Source of the DNA: Octopus bimaculoides
Taxonomy: Eukaryota
Length of the DNA: 64,000 nucleotides
Direction: 5' to 3'
Assembly: GCF_001194135.2 (NCBI RefSeq)
Contig: NC_068998.1
Span: forward strand, 54,682,528-54,746,527
Positions 60,327 through 64,000 of this stretch are shown here, in pieces. Below the pieces are notes generated by a model, which saw only the letters and a program-made list of their open reading frames with translations, ran no database searches and was not told the origin of the DNA. Numbering within the stretch: position 1 is the first letter of the stretch; each line of letters begins with the position of its first letter. Position numbers and translations under genes: made by a program.

Positions 60327-61462
60327 AACCTCTTTTTAACGCATTTGACAATCTTTCATTTAAAAAAAAAAGGACTTTATTTCGAGCAAAATCTTCAAAA
60401 CTAAATTGCACGGGTTTTCTTTATTTAATCCATGGATTTTGAACATCTCCACACAAATGTGATCCACCGACTTTATTTCCTCATAACTTTCTGAAAAATG
60501 AATATTTTTAAATGAAATTTTCCATAAATATGCTTCAGATGATGTAAATTGCGATTATTTTGGAATTTGTGTTGCAAAAGAAAAAAAAAAAAAAGTTTCC
60601 GATAATGAAAAGAGGAGTTTCAGAAAATTGACATGAGTCGACGAAATTTCCTACAAACACCTTTCAAAGTGCATAAATTATGATTCTATCGTTATTTAAT
60701 ATGAAAAAACAAAAAACATTTTGGTGGGTTCGTATCCTGAAACATCGTACGAAATGAAACTTGAAATTTCGACCAAAAAACTTCCGTTTGTCAGTTTGTA
60801 TGTGTACAAATCCACAGCTTTTCTTTTTCCTATTAAATAACGATATAATCGTAATTTACAAACTCTGAAAGGTATTTGTAGTAAACTTCATTAAAAAATA
60901 CCCATTTTCCCCGAAAGATATGGAGAGACAAAGCCAGTTTATGTGAATTTTCTGAAACTCCTCACTCCAGCCACAAATTCCCATATTATCAGAATCTGCG
61001 CCATCGGAAGCATATTTGTAGAGAATTTCATTAAAAAATATCTATTTTTCCTGGAAATTCTGAGGAAACAAAGTCGATGGGGGTCACATTTGTGTAGATT
61101 TGCTCAAGACAACTCGCCACATCTAGAATCGGTACATTTTAGAAACTGTTTAGATAGCATTGCAAAGGACTGACCTTAATTAAATTCACATTTCTTAATA
61201 CTATATTAACGTGTTCCTGAATTTCTCCAAACGACACCATTGCCATACAATAATTGTGTGAATGGTAAGATTCAAAAATTCATTTTCCAAAGAACAAGTC
61301 ATTTTTGAAAGATTCTGGTGTGAGTTTTAAAGAAAACATTTCCTGAAAAATGTGATTTGTCTCATTTTTATTAAGAAATTTAAAAAATTATTTTCTTGAA
61401 GTTACTATTTTTTAAATTTGTTTATATAATTAAAGTTTTCAATTAACTTTATTTTGTAAATT

Positions 61463-62060
61463 CGGATCTATTTCAAAACGGGGGCACCAGTTTTCATTTA
61501 TGTTTTATGTAGTGTTTTTGGTACCGAAAGACTTTCAAACTTCGTATACTTATCTATTTTGTGTTATAGAACAGAAAAAAAATTTTGTATTCGAATTTAT
61601 TTCATGTAAAAAATTGTCTTATTTCGATAATTTCTACTAATCACTGACGTCTATTCAGTTGAAAACAGTTAGCGCTGTAACGGTGTATATCGTATTAATC
61701 CCCTAACCCTAACTCTAGAATCCGAACTCTAAAATTGTTACACACATAGATACGCACAGCGTAATTTAATATATAAACAATATATGCGTATAAATTACGA
61801 TTAAACCGGATGAAATATGCCACAGGGAATAACATTTTTATGACCGCCCAGCAGTAACTCTATTCAGCTGAATAGACGTCAGTGATTGGTTGAAATTATA
61901 GAAATACGACAACTTTAACATGGAATAACTTGCGATGTACATTTTTTTGTTAAGAAGACTAAGAGTAAAAGATGTTTTATATGACACATTCTACCAGTGT
62001 CCCAAGTTTCAAAGTGTTTCGTTAAGAAAATACTGGTGCCCCCGTTTTGAAATAGATCCG
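61463..62060. mobile_element. 598-bp MITE with perfect 29-bp TIRs
   Basis: CGGATCTATTTCAAAACGGGGGCACCAGT (61463-61491) and its exact reverse complement (62032-62060). TAAATT lies on both flanks. Inner inverted repeat 61639-61663 / 61863-61887 (24/25). Confidence 0.88.
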
Positions 62061-62063
62061 TAA

Positions 62064-62244
62064 ATTCTGTTGTGTTCTGGGGAGAATCATTTTCTTTTTT
62101 GTGCCTTTATAATTTAACAAACTCACCGGTAAAATTTCCACTTATTTTTATTTTCCTAAAATTTTCATTGTGTCTTGCAACCTTTTCAATAGCCTTGAAA
62201 TTTTAAGGCACAATAAGAAAATGACTCCCCAGACACAACAGAAT
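62064..62244. mobile_element. About 180-bp MITE-like inverted repeat
   Basis: attctgttgtgttctggggag...gtgcctt (62064-62107) vs aaggcac...ctccccagacacaacagaat (62205-62244). Confidence 0.7.
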
Positions 62245-62339
62245 ATGCTTCAACATACGAAATCACATGAAAAATCTTGCAAACCAAATCCAAAAACGAA
62301 ATTTATTTTGTAAAGTTATACTAGAACCAAAACTTAAAT

Positions 62340-62440
62340 GAGTTGTAGTGGCGCGTGTGGCCGCCATCTTGGGAAGTGCCATTGCGCATGGGCAAGGAAC
62401 TAGCCGTCAGCGGAAGTACCTGAGCACGCATGCGCAATGC
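62340..62440. promoter_or_regulatory. CpG-rich promoter of the next gene
   Basis: Local CpG enrichment with GCCGCCATCTTG (YY1-type, 62360-62371), CGGAAGT (ETS-type, 62411-62417), TGCGCATG (62383-62390) and CACGCATGCGCA (NRF1-type, 62425-62436). Confidence 0.7.
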
Positions 62441-62759
62441 AATGCAACAGGTGGAGAGAAAACAATAGCGTTTTCCCTCTTTTCTCTCTAGCAGCGGTGG
62501 CGACAGGACGTCTTGCAGGCTCTCTGACAACTCGACCCAGACATGTGGTCGAAGCTTCTTTGGTATTCTAGCGACATGCCTATTCACCCAGGAACGAAAC
62601 GGCTCTACACCAACCTAGAATAAAGTATGTTCTGTTGTTACCGTTATCTCTCGTGTTGTATTTTTGGATTTAATGATTAATATAAGAATTGGGGAGAGAT
62701 GGCCGAGCCATCATATCTCATCCAATTCTTATACAGTTTTCTACTTTATTGTTCCACAG

Positions 62760-63014
62760 AGTCCTGGAAACGTGGCTTCAAGATGGTTCTCATGGCTAAA
62801 AAGTAGAGAAGTTGTTAAAGCAATCCAGTATATGTTGTGACTCTTCTACAGTTTCACACTTTATTCGTGTGTACACATACACACGAATAGTACCACTCCT
62901 ATGGTGCAAAAATTGTGTTGAGGAACTTATTGAAGGGAGCTCCCACAAGATCTGTAGATGAAGTCTGGTAGAGGTGCTCAACAAAGAATACACAACTATG
63001 TTTAACATTAAAAA
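62760..63014 (+). other. Probable mostly-5'UTR exon of next gene; possible start ATG 62998
   Basis: Acceptor ttgttccacAG| and donor AAA|GTAAGT; upstream donor AAA|GTATGT at 62624/62625. All frames are blocked except the terminal ATG TTT AAC ATT AAA AA. Confidence 0.45.
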
Positions 63015-63866
63015 GTAAGTGATTTTTTTTTGTTTGTTTTTTCAAAAGTTTGTCCTTCAAATTTCAACAAATTCTTGGACTTTTCTGTTTTGGTCCTTCC
63101 CAACTTCATGTTTTCTTTCATTGGGTTGACTCCAGGAATTGGGAATTAAAGTTAATTGTAAAGGAACATAATAGGATAAGTTTTAAGATTTCTTGAGAGA
63201 GATTTGGCTGCTGTTTCTAACAGGTTGAGCAACTGTAGAAGCTGCATGGCTTTTGTAGGTGGGATTGCATTGGAAGTATTATCAAGCGAATTGTTGAGTG
63301 TCAAATGCATGCAAAGTGAACCATTTGTACAAGTGGTTCCAAGTCTGTTCAGTGAGGGCTGCCCTGGGGCTAAATAGCAATAATTTAGTTTGCATGTTGT
63401 TTACCGTCATAAAAAAAAGTGAAAGTAAATTGCAAAAGAAACTAGAACCGACGACTGTCACACCACTCAATTTTATAAAAGGATTATAAAGAACTTTCTC
63501 ATTATGTCACAACCATAGGCTGCTAGGTGTCTTGTACATTCTTGTGATGTATTTCAGGGTTTGTAGGAATTTAGGTTGAAATCTTACTCAAATCACCAAT
63601 CATCAGTTCTTCCTGCCATTAAAAACAAAAAAACTCTGATTTTTTGCTGGAGCAGAGTTAGATATCGAACTAAATAACATCGATCAAGTCTCAGAATTAT
63701 TTTTCTAACATCGAAGCTTAATTCTCTCTAAATTGCAAACTACTTATACGAGTTATCTCCCTTGTTTGCATAGCGATCATCTTTTTTCCTTATAATTTGG
63801 TTGTTGAATGTCAGAAGTTCACAGTAACCCGAGTAAAAATAATTGTTAAAAGTGGTTTATTTTTAG

Positions 63867-63957
63867 GATGGTGGATTGGCAGCACCAGATTACTTGTCTT
63901 GAATATGTCTTCTGGCTTCTGTGTTGCTCTGTGTTCACGCCTATAGGAACCTGGCAG
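63867..63957 (+). CDS. Possible coding exon of next gene (hydrophobic, signal-peptide-like)
   Basis: tttttAG|G...GGCAG|GTGTGA. Joined in phase to 62998-63014 it gives MFNIKKMVDWQHQITCLEYVFWLLCCSVFTPIGTWQ. No family recognised. Confidence 0.3.
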
Positions 63958-64000
63958 GTGTGAAGTGGATTCGATCCACTTTACCCATATTTGAATAGCT

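Noticed and set aside
62321-62587. 88-aa minus-strand ORF over the promoter
   Set aside because: Explained by local GC richness (few stops); no family motif.

Overview
AT-rich animal genomic DNA with N-gaps, long microsatellites and dense tRNA-derived SINEs and RTE-LINE tails ending in (GAT)n; the repeat landscape looks cephalopod/octopus-like (inference). Most of the window is one + strand gene, reconstructed by hand from GT/AG sites and reading phases. It has 20 visible coding exons from ATG 3911 to TAA 51997 (3705 nt, about 1234 aa), and one more Roc exon probably lies in the 21580-22263 gap. The protein is NHR (Neuralized) - Roc GTPase - COR - Cys/His cluster - Death domain - TIR_2-type TIR with the catalytic-position Glu - Ser/Thr-rich linker - C-terminal CaaX (CNVL*). 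This suggests a membrane-anchored, GTPase-gated TIR/NADase immune or cell-death signalling protein. Introns hold SINEs, RTE fragments, a decayed Ty3/Gypsy pol, MITEs, minisatellites and a decayed Penelope-type hammerhead. A CpG-rich promoter (about 62.35 kb) and probable first exons of a second + strand gene close the window. Repeat boundaries are approximate; exon boundaries were counted base by base.
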